Source of the DNA: an uncultured delta proteobacterium
GTDB lineage: Bacteria > Desulfobacterota > Binatia > UBA9968
Length of the DNA stretch: 64,000 bases
Direction: 5' to 3'
NCBI GenBank assembly: GCA_963760795.1
Contig: CAVXEP010000004.1
Span: forward strand, 192,001 to 256,000
The notes below the pieces were generated by a model. That model had not been told where the DNA came from. It worked only from the letters and a program-made list of their open reading frames with translations, and made no database searches. Within the stretch, counting starts at the first letter, position 1, and each line of letters starts with the position of its first letter. Of this stretch, positions 49,238 through 59,369 are shown piece by piece. A program made the translations under genes and the position numbers.

Positions 49238-50059
49238 ATGGTTATCCGAGAACTCAAAGACGGCCGTTCGTATGTCAGCCTGCAAGAAGATCACGCTGAA
49301 CTAGCGGCGCAGTTCGCCGCCCACTGGGGCAACAGTCGTTTCTCCAAACTGCGCCCCTACGACACCATGGTGTTCGCGACCACCTATCACGACAGCGGCT
49401 ACCGCGAATTCGAAGGCAACCCGCCGATGAATGTCGAAAAAGGCCGCCCCTACGCCCACCGCGAAGAGGTGCCCAACTTCGAAGCGACGGAGCTCAAAGC
49501 GTATTCGAAGAATGTCGAATGGCTGCACGCGCAGGATCCCTACGCGGCTTTGATCGTTTCCATGCACCGCACCGGCTTGTGGCACAACCGCTACAATATT
49601 TTGACGGAACCAGCGGGACGCGTGCGCGAGCGCAGCGCAGCGGTCAAGGACGCCAAAATCAAGATGGAGAGCCAGCAAGCCGAGATCAAGCGCAAACTGA
49701 TGGAATTAGAGCCGGGATTCGAGAACGAGCTCGCCTACAACTACATGGTGCTGCAAGTGTTCGATTTGTTGTCGCTGTACTTCTGTTGCGACGGCTACGC
49801 CAACGAAAATGAATTCAAGGAATATAAAATCGCTCCCGTGCGGGTTTCCTACGACAGCGATGATACCGTAACGTTAACGATCAAACCCAATGGCCCCGGC
49901 TCGGTGATCTTCGATCCCTACCCCTGGGACATCAGCCCGCTCAAAGTCTCCGCCCGCGCCCGCATCGTCGCCCCGCCGGCGGAAAAAACCGAAGCCGCCT
50001 GCGCCGAAGCGTATCATAAGGCGGCGCGGCAACTGCTGACGTTCGAACTATCGGCGTAG
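49238..50059 (+). CDS. DUF3891 family protein
   Basis: QEDHAELAAQFAAHWGN, HDSGY, DPYAALIVSMH, FDLLSLYFC, DPYPW. Confidence 0.85.
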   Translation: MVIRELKDGRSYVSLQEDHAELAAQFAAHWGNSRFSKLRPYDTMVFATTYHDSGYREFEGNPPMNVEKGRPYAHREEVPNFEATELKAYSKNVEWLHAQDPYAALIVSMHRTGLWHNRYNILTEPAGRVRERSAAVKDAKIKMESQQAEIKRKLMELEPGFENELAYNYMVLQVFDLLSLYFCCDGYANENEFKEYKIAPVRVSYDSDDTVTLTIKPNGPGSVIFDPYPWDISPLKVSARARIVAPPAEKTEAACAEAYHKAARQLLTFELSA

Positions 50060-50074
50060 TATTTGAAATCGATT

Positions 50075-50132
50075 GTAGGGGCAGGCCCCCTGCCTGCCCT
50101 TTCGGAGGGCAACCACAGGGGGTTGTCTCTCC
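50075..50132. repeat. GTAG-type REP doublet (degenerate)
   Basis: GTAGGGGCAGGCCCCCTGCCTGCCC ... GGGCAACCACAGGGGGTTGTCTCTCC. Confidence 0.65.
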
Positions 50133-50291
50133 CGAATGAACGCCAGTTAGAATGCCGATATCTCCAACGCCTTCGCGCCCAGTTGCTGCAGCAAACCTGA
50201 CCGCGATTGATGGACTGTTATTTCCCAGGCGACATTACTGGCTCGCTTATTCGCCACGGTTTAGCCGCATGTCGTTAGGCCGTTTCACACC

Positions 50292-50672
50292 ATGCGAACA
50301 TTCCAAAATGTCCTCGTCATTATGAGCTTCCTCTCATTTCTCTTCGGCGGGTGCGGCAAGAAGTCTGCTTCACAGAGTCCAGTGAGTGGTGACGAGCCCG
50401 TCTTGAAGTTAGCGGTTTTTGCAGATGGCCGACTCACAGTGAACGGCACAGCATCCACGATTGAGGCAGTCCGAGCGTCTTTGCGAGGTTTGAGCGAGAG
50501 AAAGGGAGTCGTCTGGTACTATCGTGAGGAAGCACAGCAAGAGCCGCCACCGATTACGATGGAGGTGATGCAGGCAGTCATTGAGGCGCAGCTACCGATT
50601 CGTCTTTCGAGCCTTCCAGATTACTCTGATGCCGTTGGTGCGGACGGCAAACCAACAACGAGGCGAGTATGA
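50292..50672 (+). CDS. Cassette-encoded putative lipoprotein of unknown function (weakly ExbD-periplasmic-like)
   Basis: FLFGGC lipobox-like; KLAVFADGRLTVNG; codon usage differs from its neighbours. Confidence 0.7.
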   Translation: MRTFQNVLVIMSFLSFLFGGCGKKSASQSPVSGDEPVLKLAVFADGRLTVNGTASTIEAVRASLRGLSERKGVVWYYREEAQQEPPPITMEVMQAVIEAQLPIRLSSLPDYSDAVGADGKPTTRRV

Positions 50673-50682
50673 GCGAGACGCG

Positions 50683-50775
50683 GCCTAACCATGCGCTGCA
50701 AAGAACGGCGGCATCGCGCTGCTGTTCCGATTGGCGCGTCTCGTGGCCGCCGTCCCTGAGCTTGGGTCGTAACTC
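50683..50775 (+). other. attC recombination site
   Basis: GCCTAAC-catgc-GCTGCAAAGAACGGCGGC ... GCCGCCGTCCCTGAGC-ttgggtc-G/TAACTC. R'' and L''/L' boxes are recognisable; R' is non-canonical. Confidence 0.78.
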
Positions 50776-50866
50776 GGCGTCGAAACTTCCGCTTTCATCC
50801 GCGATCTCGACCCATCATGGCCACGGTTTTCCCAAACAGTATGCCGCCGTTTGCCTACCAAACCCC

Positions 50867-52060
50867 CTAACCTAGCAACTCCAACGCCGTCGCTGCATAA
50901 ATCCGCGCGGCGTCGCGCACTTCCTGCACCGACACAACTTCCTCATCGGTGTGGGCAAAGCGCAGATCGCCGGGCCCGAACATGATTGTCTCAATTCCGC
51001 GCTGATTGAGATAACCAGCGTCCAATGCCGCAGGCGAATAGAAGAGTTCGCCGTCTTGTCCGTTCAATGCCCGACTAGCGCGGCGCAGGGCTGCTGCAAC
51101 GGCACAATCGGCGTCAACCTCGGACGGGTACATAAACGCGCCGCGTGTGACTTCGACCGACCACGGCGGCAAATCCGCCACGGCATCTTGAATGCCTCGT
51201 AATGCGGTGTCTGGATTGTCGCCCGGCAACAGCCGCCGGTCGAAAGTGATCCGGCAAGTGTCCGGCACCGTGTGGCTGATCTCGGGGGCGCTCTTGATCT
51301 GCGTCACCGTCAATGTGGCTTTGCCAAGGCCAGCGTGTTCATTGCCAAGCGCGAGGCGATCGAGCCGCTCCAACACCTTGCGCGCGCCGTCGACGGCGTT
51401 GATGCCGTCCGAGGGCATGCTGCTATGCGCTGACCTCCCGCGCACGGTGATCTCCACATCGATCCGGCCTTTGTTGCCGATGCATATGCGATTGGCCGTT
51501 CCCAAACCGATGACACCGGCTTTAGCGGTAATTCGATTATTCTCAAGAATAAATTTAGCTGCGTCGTGACGGCCAGTCTCGCCGGCCAAGCTGACGGCGA
51601 GATACAACGGCGCGCGGAGCTTCACCTGTGATCGAGCGACAATCGCACTTGCATACATCATCGCCGCCAACGCGCCCTTCTGCTCGCAGGCGCCGCGGCC
51701 CGCCGCACAGGAGCCGGCAATGCCAAACTGCGCACCATCGACGATCGCGCCCGAGAACGGCTCTTTCATGCCGCCCGCCGGAAACGTCATGGCGTAGCCC
51801 ATGAGCAGCAAACCCGCTTCGCTGGCATTCGCACCTGACTGCCACAACAAATTCCCCATGCCGTCGAGCGCCGCTGCGCTTCCCGTCAGCGTTTCCAACC
51901 GCGGCGCGACGAAGTCGGCGACAAACTTTTTTAGATTGGGATCGGCTTCCTGAAGTCCCGTCTGAGGCGACGGCGCGCGGAGCAGGTCGACGAGCAGACT
52001 GTCGATCTCGGCATCATTGGCATACTGATTGACGATCTTGATCGCTTCTTCAGGAGTCAT
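50867..52060 (-). CDS. M20 family metallopeptidase (ArgE/DapE-like)
   Basis: GRGACEQKG, GNKGRID, GRSAHSSMP, DRRLLPG, FGPGD..AHT. Confidence 0.88.
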   Translation of the reverse strand: MTPEEAIKIVNQYANDAEIDSLLVDLLRAPSPQTGLQEADPNLKKFVADFVAPRLETLTGSAAALDGMGNLLWQSGANASEAGLLLMGYAMTFPAGGMKEPFSGAIVDGAQFGIAGSCAAGRGACEQKGALAAMMYASAIVARSQVKLRAPLYLAVSLAGETGRHDAAKFILENNRITAKAGVIGLGTANRICIGNKGRIDVEITVRGRSAHSSMPSDGINAVDGARKVLERLDRLALGNEHAGLGKATLTVTQIKSAPEISHTVPDTCRITFDRRLLPGDNPDTALRGIQDAVADLPPWSVEVTRGAFMYPSEVDADCAVAAALRRASRALNGQDGELFYSPAALDAGYLNQRGIETIMFGPGDLRFAHTDEEVVSVQEVRDAARIYAATALELLG

Positions 52061-52114
52061 GTGGAGGAAACTACCCAGAGCAATATCAATTGTTGGCGGA
52101 GACTAAACTCCAAT

Positions 52115-52199
52115 CCGTCATACCGGCGCAGGCCGGTATCCAGCGTTTCTGCCGCTGAATCACGTACGAAGATGGATGCCGGTCTTCACCGGCATGACG
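52115..52199. repeat. GTCAT...ATCCAG REP-like inverted pair
   Basis: CCGTCATACCGGCGCAGGCCGGTATCCAG ... TGGATGCCGGTCTTCACCGGCATGACG; same family as 47815-47925. Confidence 0.8.
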
Positions 52200-52245
52200 A
52201 ACACAGGAGACTCTCGTCTCGCGAGTATGCGAAAAATACCTGTAC

Positions 52246-53418
52246 TCACCACGCCGCCTCCAGCACCTCCAGCACCTGTTCCGCGCTACGCACCGGTTTG
52301 GGATTGGTGTGTATGCTGTAATCGCCCAGCGTATCCACCGACAACTGCTGCAAGCCATCGCGCGGCACGCCGAGATCGCGCAGTTTGAGCGGCAAGCCCA
52401 TTTTTTGATTCATGCCGTAGACATATTCCGGCACGGCGGCGGCCAATTCTTTTTCGTTCGCGGCTTCGATGCCGATCTCCCGCGCCATTCGCAGATAATG
52501 GCGCTGCACCACGTCCAAATTCCAGCGCATGCCATAGGGCAACATCAAGGCATGAATCTCCGCGTGCGGCGCTTTGTAGCGCCCGCCGATGACGTGGACG
52601 ATGGCGTGATGGATGCCGGTCCAGGCGCTATAAACACCCATGCCGGACAAACACGCCGCCACTTGGACCTGACTGAGCGCTTCAAGATCAGCGGAATCCG
52701 CAACCGCCCGCGGCAGATAACGCGCGATCAAACCGATACCAGTGAGACAATAAGCCTCCGTCAAGGGTTGCGTCTCCGTGGAGTAGACCGCTTCGACGCA
52801 GTGCGCCAGCGCATTCATGCCCGACGCCGCCAGCAAACGGCCGGGCGCCGTCGCTGCCGCTTCGGGATCGAGCAGCACTGTCTTTGGCGCCAGCTTGGGA
52901 TCGGCGACGATAAATTTCTTGCCGCCCTGGGTAATGCCGGCGGAATAACTGTACTCGCCGCCGGAGAGAGTGGTCGGAATCGCGATGTGAGGAATTTTCG
53001 GCGCCGGCATGGGCGTCACTTCTTTTTTGTTCGGCGGCGTGAACCGCACACCGAAACGCGGCAGCGATCCGCCCTCGGCCAACAGCGCCGCCACGCCCTT
53101 ACCGGTGTCGATGGCGCTGCCACCGCCGACGCTGACCAGAATGTCGATCTTCGCATCCCGCGCCAACTCCACCGCCTTTTCGATCGACTCCGTCGGCGAA
53201 TGCGGCTTCACCTGGTCGAACACCGCCACGCATTTACCGCCGAGCCCAGCTTTAACTTTGTCCAAGAGAAAGGTCTTCGCCACCGACGGCGATATGAGTA
53301 CAAGGACACGCGTGCCGCCCAGCCGCTCGACTTCCTCGGCCAACTTGCCCAACGAGCCCGGCCCCGATATCACCCGCTCGACATGGGGATTGTTGAAAGT
53401 AAAATTTGTACCCGTCAT
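52246..53418 (-). CDS. Iron-containing alcohol dehydrogenase family (maleylacetate reductase-like)
   Basis: VGGGSAIDTGK, IPTTLSGGE, SGMNALAHCVE, GIHHAIVHVIGG, PHAEIH. Confidence 0.9.
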   Translation of the reverse strand: MTGTNFTFNNPHVERVISGPGSLGKLAEEVERLGGTRVLVLISPSVAKTFLLDKVKAGLGGKCVAVFDQVKPHSPTESIEKAVELARDAKIDILVSVGGGSAIDTGKGVAALLAEGGSLPRFGVRFTPPNKKEVTPMPAPKIPHIAIPTTLSGGEYSYSAGITQGGKKFIVADPKLAPKTVLLDPEAAATAPGRLLAASGMNALAHCVEAVYSTETQPLTEAYCLTGIGLIARYLPRAVADSADLEALSQVQVAACLSGMGVYSAWTGIHHAIVHVIGGRYKAPHAEIHALMLPYGMRWNLDVVQRHYLRMAREIGIEAANEKELAAAVPEYVYGMNQKMGLPLKLRDLGVPRDGLQQLSVDTLGDYSIHTNPKPVRSAEQVLEVLEAAW

Positions 53419-53481
53419 CCCGCCTCTCACCGATCGCTGAGGCCGCGAATTTCCGTTCGCCACGAATGCACGATTCTTTTA

Positions 53482-53509
53482 TTGCGCCCTTTGCGTTCTT
53501 TGCGGCTAA
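53482..53509. repeat. Family A repeat, solo copy
   Basis: TTGCGCCCTTTGCGTTCTTTGCGGCTAA just after the stop codon of the DUF1989 gene. Confidence 0.85.
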
Positions 53510-53517
53510 ATCTCAAA

Positions 53518-54156
53518 TCACTCGTCGTAAATCTCCACCCGCATAGCCTGCCCGCGGCCCGACTCCGGACAAGCGCTGGCGGCCACCAGCAAATCCATCT
53601 CGGCGCGAAAGTCGACATGAGCTTCATCCTTGGGCCGGACCATGGTGTCGTACATCACGCCGGTGTCGGGGTCGATGCGCATGCACTGAAAAATATTGAA
53701 CGGGCTCGGCACATCGTCCGGCGTAATATTCCACGGCTTAACCGCCCCGCTCAAATTCTCCCAACAACCATGAGCCGGAATCTCCTCCGCCGTCTTGGGA
53801 TTGATATCGACGCCTTCGACGAACACCCGTTTCGACTGGCCCTGCGCCACCATTTCGAAACGCTTACGGCTGCACATGCCCTTCTGCAAGTCATGGCGCC
53901 CTTCGGTAAACGTGTCTGCAACGATGGTCATCATCGGAGTGTTTCTTTTCGAATAGAGAACATCGCCGGTGCTGATAAAGATCTTCACCTGGTTGGTCTT
54001 GGTTCGCGCCTGATCAAAGCGCTCGGTCAAATCGCGCAGATTGAACGCGACGAAATCGACGATGCTCCGCCCCGCGACCCGTATCCGCTGCCCCTTCAAT
54101 ACTTCAAACGCCGCGCCCGAGTTTTTCGCCACGACCTGACTCTTCAAGATAGACAT
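53518..54156 (-). CDS. Urea carboxylase-associated family protein (DUF1989), second paralog
   Basis: ERFDQARTK, HDLQKGMCS, HGCWENL, PSPFNIF, FRAEMDLLVAASACP. Confidence 0.9.
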   Translation of the reverse strand: MSILKSQVVAKNSGAAFEVLKGQRIRVAGRSIVDFVAFNLRDLTERFDQARTKTNQVKIFISTGDVLYSKRNTPMMTIVADTFTEGRHDLQKGMCSRKRFEMVAQGQSKRVFVEGVDINPKTAEEIPAHGCWENLSGAVKPWNITPDDVPSPFNIFQCMRIDPDTGVMYDTMVRPKDEAHVDFRAEMDLLVAASACPESGRGQAMRVEIYDE

Positions 54157-54221
54157 CGATGATCCTCTTGCTCACTCGAAAGTATGCGCAATTAGACTGC
54201 GACATGATCATGGAGCAAATA

Positions 54222-54313
54222 GAGTGATGGAGTACTGGAGTGTTGGAGTAATGGAGAAGACGCGGCCTCGCCACTATCCATCATCCATCCTCGATCCTCG
54301 ACCATCACTCCAT
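54222..54313. repeat. Family B 8-mer repeats with an embedded ATCCTCG 7-mer repeat
   Basis: gagtgatggagtactggagtgttggagtaatgga ... ccatcctcgatcctcg ... ccatcactcca. Confidence 0.8.
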
Positions 54314-54323
54314 TCTTCTCCTC

Positions 54324-55839
54324 TCATTTCACCTTCATATTCCACCCGAAGATCCGCTCGCTCGGCAGCGGCCGGTAGTCGATGTTCTTCGCCATGCCGA
54401 AGAGCAACTGATGGCGCCAGAGGAAATGCGCCGGGGCTTCGTCGGTAATGACGCTCATCACCTCGGCCAGGGCTTTCTTGCGCTTGGCCGGGATCGAAGG
54501 TTTGCCGTTCCTGCTTCAACAACTCGTCGACCTTGGGATTCGAGTAGCCGATGCGCGGCGAGCCGCCGGTTTCGAAATACTGCGCCAACGCCGCGCTGGG
54601 GTCGACCACACCGCCGCGGCCCATGTAGTAAAAGGGCACCTTGCCGACTTGCACATTGGCCCATAGCGTAGCCCACTCGGGCGTTGCCAGCTTGGCGCGA
54701 AATCCTCCGGCATTGAGCATCGGAATCATCGCTTCGCTCAACTGTTTGTCCAGAGTATAGCGGCCCACCGGAGTTTGCAGTTCGACGTCGACGCCGTTGG
54801 GGTAGCCGGCTTGTTTCAAAAGTTCTTTGGCCTTCTCCGGATTGTACGCATACTTCGGTTGGAGTTTGGGATCGTAGCCGTATTGGCCCTCGCCGATCGG
54901 ACCATCGAGGCGCGACGCCTCGCCGCGCAATATTGTCTTGATAATCGTATCACGGTCGATGGCGTAGGCGACCGCTTGGCGCACCAGCTTATTATCCCAC
55001 GGTTTCACTTTCGGCATCATGCCTAAAAACATAATCTCAGCGGAGTGAAACTTGACGATCTTGTGGTTGGCGCTACGCTCGACCCGCTCGCGCAGATGCG
55101 GCGGCACGAATTGGGCGATCTGGATTTCATTGTTCAGCAGCGCTGTCACCCGCTGCTCCGGTTCGCGCATGATGCGAAAAACGATTTCATCGGGCGCCTG
55201 CGGATACTGTTTCCACATCGGATGGGATTTGTCTTTGCCGATCACCAGACGCTGCCCGGGGATCAACTCGCGGAATTTGTACGGTCCGGCGCCGAAGGGA
55301 TACTGCTTGTCGGCCACTTCCGCGCCATGCTTGTCGTAGAGTTGCTTGCTGGTGACGATGATCCGGTCGAAGAGATAATCGAGCAACGGCGCCGTCGGAA
55401 TTTTCGTCGTGACTTGAACGGTGTAGTCGTTGAGCGCCTTCTCGCTCGCCACCGCCGATATGTTCTGCGTCTGCTTACTCTGCGGGTCGCTGCGCGTCCG
55501 GCCCATGGAGTGAACGATGTCGTGGGCGGTCACCGGGGTGCCGTTGTGAAACTTGAGCCCCTTGCGCACATGAAACAACCAGTTGTTGGGATCCTTGACT
55601 TCCCAGCGCTCCAGCACCAAGCCGACATGCTGGCTTTTGTCGAAATCATAGGTACCGAGACAGCCCAGCACCTGGCACCAGACGCTGTACATCAACGAAA
55701 CGCTGTCGGCGTAAGGATTAAAAGTGTCCATGGTCTCGGTCACACCGATGGAGATGCGCGTCTCCGCCGCGCCGGAATGGCGCAGCGTCGCACCAGTACA
55801 CACGCTCACAAGCAGCAATCCCAATAAGAGCCGTTTCAT
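54324..55839 (-). CDS. ABC substrate-binding protein family 5 (peptide/nickel type), +1 frameshift near 54490
   Basis: LKFHNGTPVTAHD, GAGPYKF, VRQAVAYAIDR, YNPEKAKELLKQAGYPNG. The shifted frame continues DPAKRKKALAEV...WNMKVK-stop. Confidence 0.9.
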
Positions 55840-55906
55840 AATCTATCCTCCATGGCGATTATCGACGTTCGCACCGCCAATTTCCAAATCCATCCTCGAT
55901 TACATC

Positions 55907-55942
55907 CCAACACTCCATTACTCCAACACTCCATCGCTCCAG
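55907..55942. repeat. Family B 8-mer repeat, single arm
   Basis: ccaacactccattactccaacactccatcgctcca, next to a stop codon. Confidence 0.8.
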
Positions 55943-55943
55943 T

Positions 55944-56931
55944 TCATTTCCACAGCTGTTTATAAAACCCTTGACTATCCAACTCGCGCACATACTTGTC
56001 GTCGTAAAAACTTTCCGGCTTGGCTTCCTTCGCCTTGGGATTGCGCACCGCCGCTTGATTTAAAACTTCCTGCACCGCCTCGCGCGAGTTGTAGGGAATC
56101 TTTTCGATGTAATCGATGGCGTATTGATAGACCACATCGACGATTTTCGCATCGCTGGTGCGCGCGTACTTGCGCACCGCGCGCTTGCCCGCCGCCGGAT
56201 CGGTGAACAAGCGGTGCACCCCTTCGGAATAGGCCCGGGTCGCCCTACGGACAAAATCTTCATTGCCGTTGATGAACGTGCGGCGCGCCATCAAGGCATC
56301 GTGCGGGAAATAGACACCGGCGGTGCCCATGTTGAGCAGCGAGCGGGCACCGGTCTCCTGCGCCCGTAGATTGGCCGGGCTTGAGAACGGCGCCGCAAAG
56401 ATCGCCTTGGTCTTGAGCATCGCCGCGGCCGCGTTCAAATCGCCGGCCTGGATCATCGTCACGTCACGGTCGGGATTCAGGCCATGCTTGCGCAGAAGAT
56501 AACGCATGGTGAAGTCGGTGGACGAACCGAAACGCGTCACCCCCACCGGCTTGCCGCGCAGGTCTTCGATAGTCTTGATCTCCGGCAGCGCCATGATGTA
56601 GAACGCCGGCACTTTAGCCAACACGCCGAGCATGACCATATCCGCGCCGGAGAGATTGGCATCGACAGCCGCATTGCCGCCCGCCGCCGCGAACGGCACA
56701 TCGCCGCCGAGCATGGCTTGCACCATCTTCGACGCCGAAGTGACCAACAGCAGCTCAGCCTGAATATTATGCTTGTCGAAAATCCCGGCGTCTTCCGCGA
56801 CCCAAAGCCCGGCTTTGATACCGGTGATCGCCGTGTAGCCGATGATCAGTCGATCCTTGGCAAAGGACCGCTCAGTCAACAATCCCAATAAGAAGCGCAA
56901 ACACAAAAACACCGACAGACTTAGCTTTCAT
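55944..56931 (-). CDS. ABC substrate-binding protein, SsuA/NMT1-like (probable +1 frameshift in signal peptide)
   Basis: LWVAEDAGIFDK, DLRGKPVGVTRFGSSTD, GFYKQLW. The RBS-linked ATG at 56931 is one base out of frame. Confidence 0.87.
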
Positions 56932-57237
56932 GCCATCTCCTTATTCGATCACGAATTTAGCTATACTTTATGATGCGCTACTGTCAATCAGGGGCGAGTG
57001 ACGCAACCAGAAAAGAATCACCAGCGGAGTGGTAGCCGCGAAGAATGCAACAAATCTTGAGGGACAGTCCGACGTAGGGGCGTATTGAGATACGCCCTGG
57101 AGTGGCGGAGTAGCGGTCTGGCAGGTAGAGGAGATAACCGCAAATCGACGGTTACAGCTCACTCGATCGCGAGCGTACGATCTTTCAGTGGCGCCGAGTT
57201 TGGTCAGGACTGACTGATTGGCTTTCAACGCCTTGCG

Positions 57238-57439
57238 TCATCGATCCATGTTTTCACATAGCTTGAGCGCGTGCGCTTCGGCTTTGCCTCTTGTCTTGAA
57301 AGTCTAGTTCGGCGCACTCCAATCTTTTAATCTCCGTCACTTTATCTGCGGGGTTAAATATCAAACCCCGGCAATGCCATTCTTTCCCCGCGCCACGGAC
57401 TCCAATCCCGTAAATGGGATGATCTTTGTATTGGGACAT
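57238..57439 (-). CDS. Small hypothetical protein, apparently frameshifted near 57300
   Basis: MSQYKDHPIYGIG...LECAEL, then TFKTRGKAEAHALKLC in the shifted frame. Confidence 0.5.
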
Positions 57440-57727
57440 GCATCAGCCTTTCGATAACCGTCAACAATTGCCGATAAGTAACTTCCTCGCGAACCGGCCG
57501 TTGTGGGCTATACCAAAACTATACGCAAGATTCGGTAAGAACTGTCTGTTCAATATTGGACGATTTCTGAGAATCGCCTGGCGGTTGCGAAATCAATAAG
57601 CCAGTCGGAATGAGTACGGCGTCTCGCAATGGCGCTCGGTCTATGACGATCTGGTTTTGCAGACAATGACTACTTGCACCAGATGACGTGATTGCCAGAA
57701 ATCAAATTCCGTATTTGCAGACTCGCC

Positions 57728-59023
57728 CTACTTCGTCGGCGGCCGAAGAAACAAACTCAACCCCGCTGAAACGATCAGCAGGCCGACGAAGATGCTAAAC
57801 GAGAGCATATAGCTTTGCGTGGCGTCGAACAGAAAACCGAAGAACGGCGGGCCGCCGGCGCTGAAGCCGTGGGTGACCAAGGAGCCTAGACCGCGAATTT
57901 TGCCGAGGGAAACGCGACCAAAATAGTTGGCCCAAATCAATTCAGCAAGAATCGACGTTCCACCCATGCCGATGCCATATAGAAAAAACCCGGCATAGAG
58001 GGAAACCAACCCAGGGTCAGAGAGAGCCCAGGAAATCCCGGCGGCTTGAATCACGAACTTGGCCATGATGACCCGGCCGATGCTGATGCGCTCGGCGCAC
58101 AACCCCCAGACGATCGGCGTGCTGAACTGCATGATCGCGATGGTGCTCATGACTAGAGCAGCCACCGTCGCCGGATGGCCTTGATCGCTGACGAAGGAAA
58201 AGACATGCAGATTGAGCCCGCTGACACCGATATGGGCGACGCCAAAAGTCGTGACGATGAGCCAGAAAGCCGGCGTGCGCAGCGCTTCGCGCCGCGTCCA
58301 CTCGACGTCGTCGGTTGCAGCTCGATTGGATTTCTTATTCTTGCCATCCGCTGTCACCCCGCCGCTGTCATTCTCGGCGGCCAATTTTCCGTCTGGAAGC
58401 AAACCCAGGTCCTCAGGACTGCGCCGCATGAACAGCAGCGACGGTCCGACCACCAACGTCAGGGTTAACAGGCCGAATACCACCCAAGTGCCGCGCCAGC
58501 CGGCGTAGGCGATCAGCGACGCGGCGCACAGCGGCATCAATACTTTGGCCAGGCCATGTCCCATGCCGGCGAACGCGAGGGCGCGGCCGCGCATGCGGAT
58601 GAACCAGCGCGAGATCGTCACGTTCACAACCATGTTGCCCATGAGCGTGTCGCCAGGACTGAGGATCAGCCAGCGGACCAATAGAAACTGCCAAAAATCC
58701 CGCACCTGTCCGAGCAGCAGCAAGCCCAGCCCCGCGATGACCCCGCCTGCGGCCATGAGTCCACGACAACCGTGACGATCCAGGAGCGTGCCGACGAGTG
58801 GCGCGGCCACGGCGCCGATCAGAACTTCGCCCGAGCGAACCAGGGAAAAGACACCGCGCGAGACGCCAAGATCGCTCGACAACGGTTTGAGAAACACACT
58901 GAGCGTGCTTGAAATCGTAAAAGCAGAGGCGATATGCGCGAGAAAACCGACGGCGACAATGGTCCAGCCGTAGAAAAACTTCGCAGGTTTGATGGGCGGT
59001 TCAGAGTCGGTCAAAGCTTGCAC
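57728..59023 (-). CDS. MFS transporter
   Basis: FFYGWTIV, GTLLDRHG, RWFIRMRGRAL, ALRTPAFW, NYFGR; about 12 TM helices. Confidence 0.92.
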   Translation of the reverse strand: MQALTDSEPPIKPAKFFYGWTIVAVGFLAHIASAFTISSTLSVFLKPLSSDLGVSRGVFSLVRSGEVLIGAVAAPLVGTLLDRHGCRGLMAAGGVIAGLGLLLLGQVRDFWQFLLVRWLILSPGDTLMGNMVVNVTISRWFIRMRGRALAFAGMGHGLAKVLMPLCAASLIAYAGWRGTWVVFGLLTLTLVVGPSLLFMRRSPEDLGLLPDGKLAAENDSGGVTADGKNKKSNRAATDDVEWTRREALRTPAFWLIVTTFGVAHIGVSGLNLHVFSFVSDQGHPATVAALVMSTIAIMQFSTPIVWGLCAERISIGRVIMAKFVIQAAGISWALSDPGLVSLYAGFFLYGIGMGGTSILAELIWANYFGRVSLGKIRGLGSLVTHGFSAGGPPFFGFLFDATQSYMLSFSIFVGLLIVSAGLSLFLRPPTK

Positions 59024-59120
59024 GCCGTCGTTTGTATCAAGCTTCGAAACAAAACGACAGCGTAGCGTTGTTGTAATCGAAGACGGATCGCGGAATCGGC
59101 CCTTCGACCGTCAGGGCGTC

Positions 59121-59356
59121 GGGCATAAAGAACGCAAAGTACACAAAACGGATTCGGAACATGTCGCGCCAATCAACCAGGGCGCGACGGCAGGAAAGTT
59201 CTGTCATTTCGATCGAAGGGAGAACGCTCTCTTCAAATCTTTCCAAGTCTCGGATGATGGGCCTCGGCCCGTCACTTGGCCCCCCTTCGAAGAGAATCAG
59301 GACCGCTTGGCGGGAAAAATGTCCGAGCGGACGAATGATTCATTCGACCATCTCAG
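59121..59356. repeat. Degenerate cluster of repeat remnants (family A, GTCATTTCGA and TTCGAC..CTCAG types)
   Basis: AAAGAACGCAAAGTACACAAAA (59127-59148, identical to the GxxExxY start-side arm); TGTCATTTCGATCGAAGGGAGAA (~59202); TTCGACCATCTCAG (~59343). Confidence 0.6.
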
Positions 59357-59369
59357 ATCAGCCGCGGAT

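Larger units (their letters stand above)
50274..50775 (+). mobile_element. Solitary integron gene cassette
   Basis: Core site GTTAGGCC at 50274, one ORF starting 18 bp later, complementary inverse core GGCCTAAC at 50682 and an attC hairpin ending near 50775. No integrase in the window. Confidence 0.8.

Noticed and set aside
50669-50875. 68-aa ORF MSETRPNHALQRT...
   Set aside because: It is the read-through translation of the attC site.
52309-54162. 617-aa plus-strand ORF, and similar long antisense ORFs (13430-14596, 17616-18797, 48070-49008)
   Set aside because: They shadow well-supported genes on the opposite strand, carry no family motifs and are expected in GC-rich DNA.
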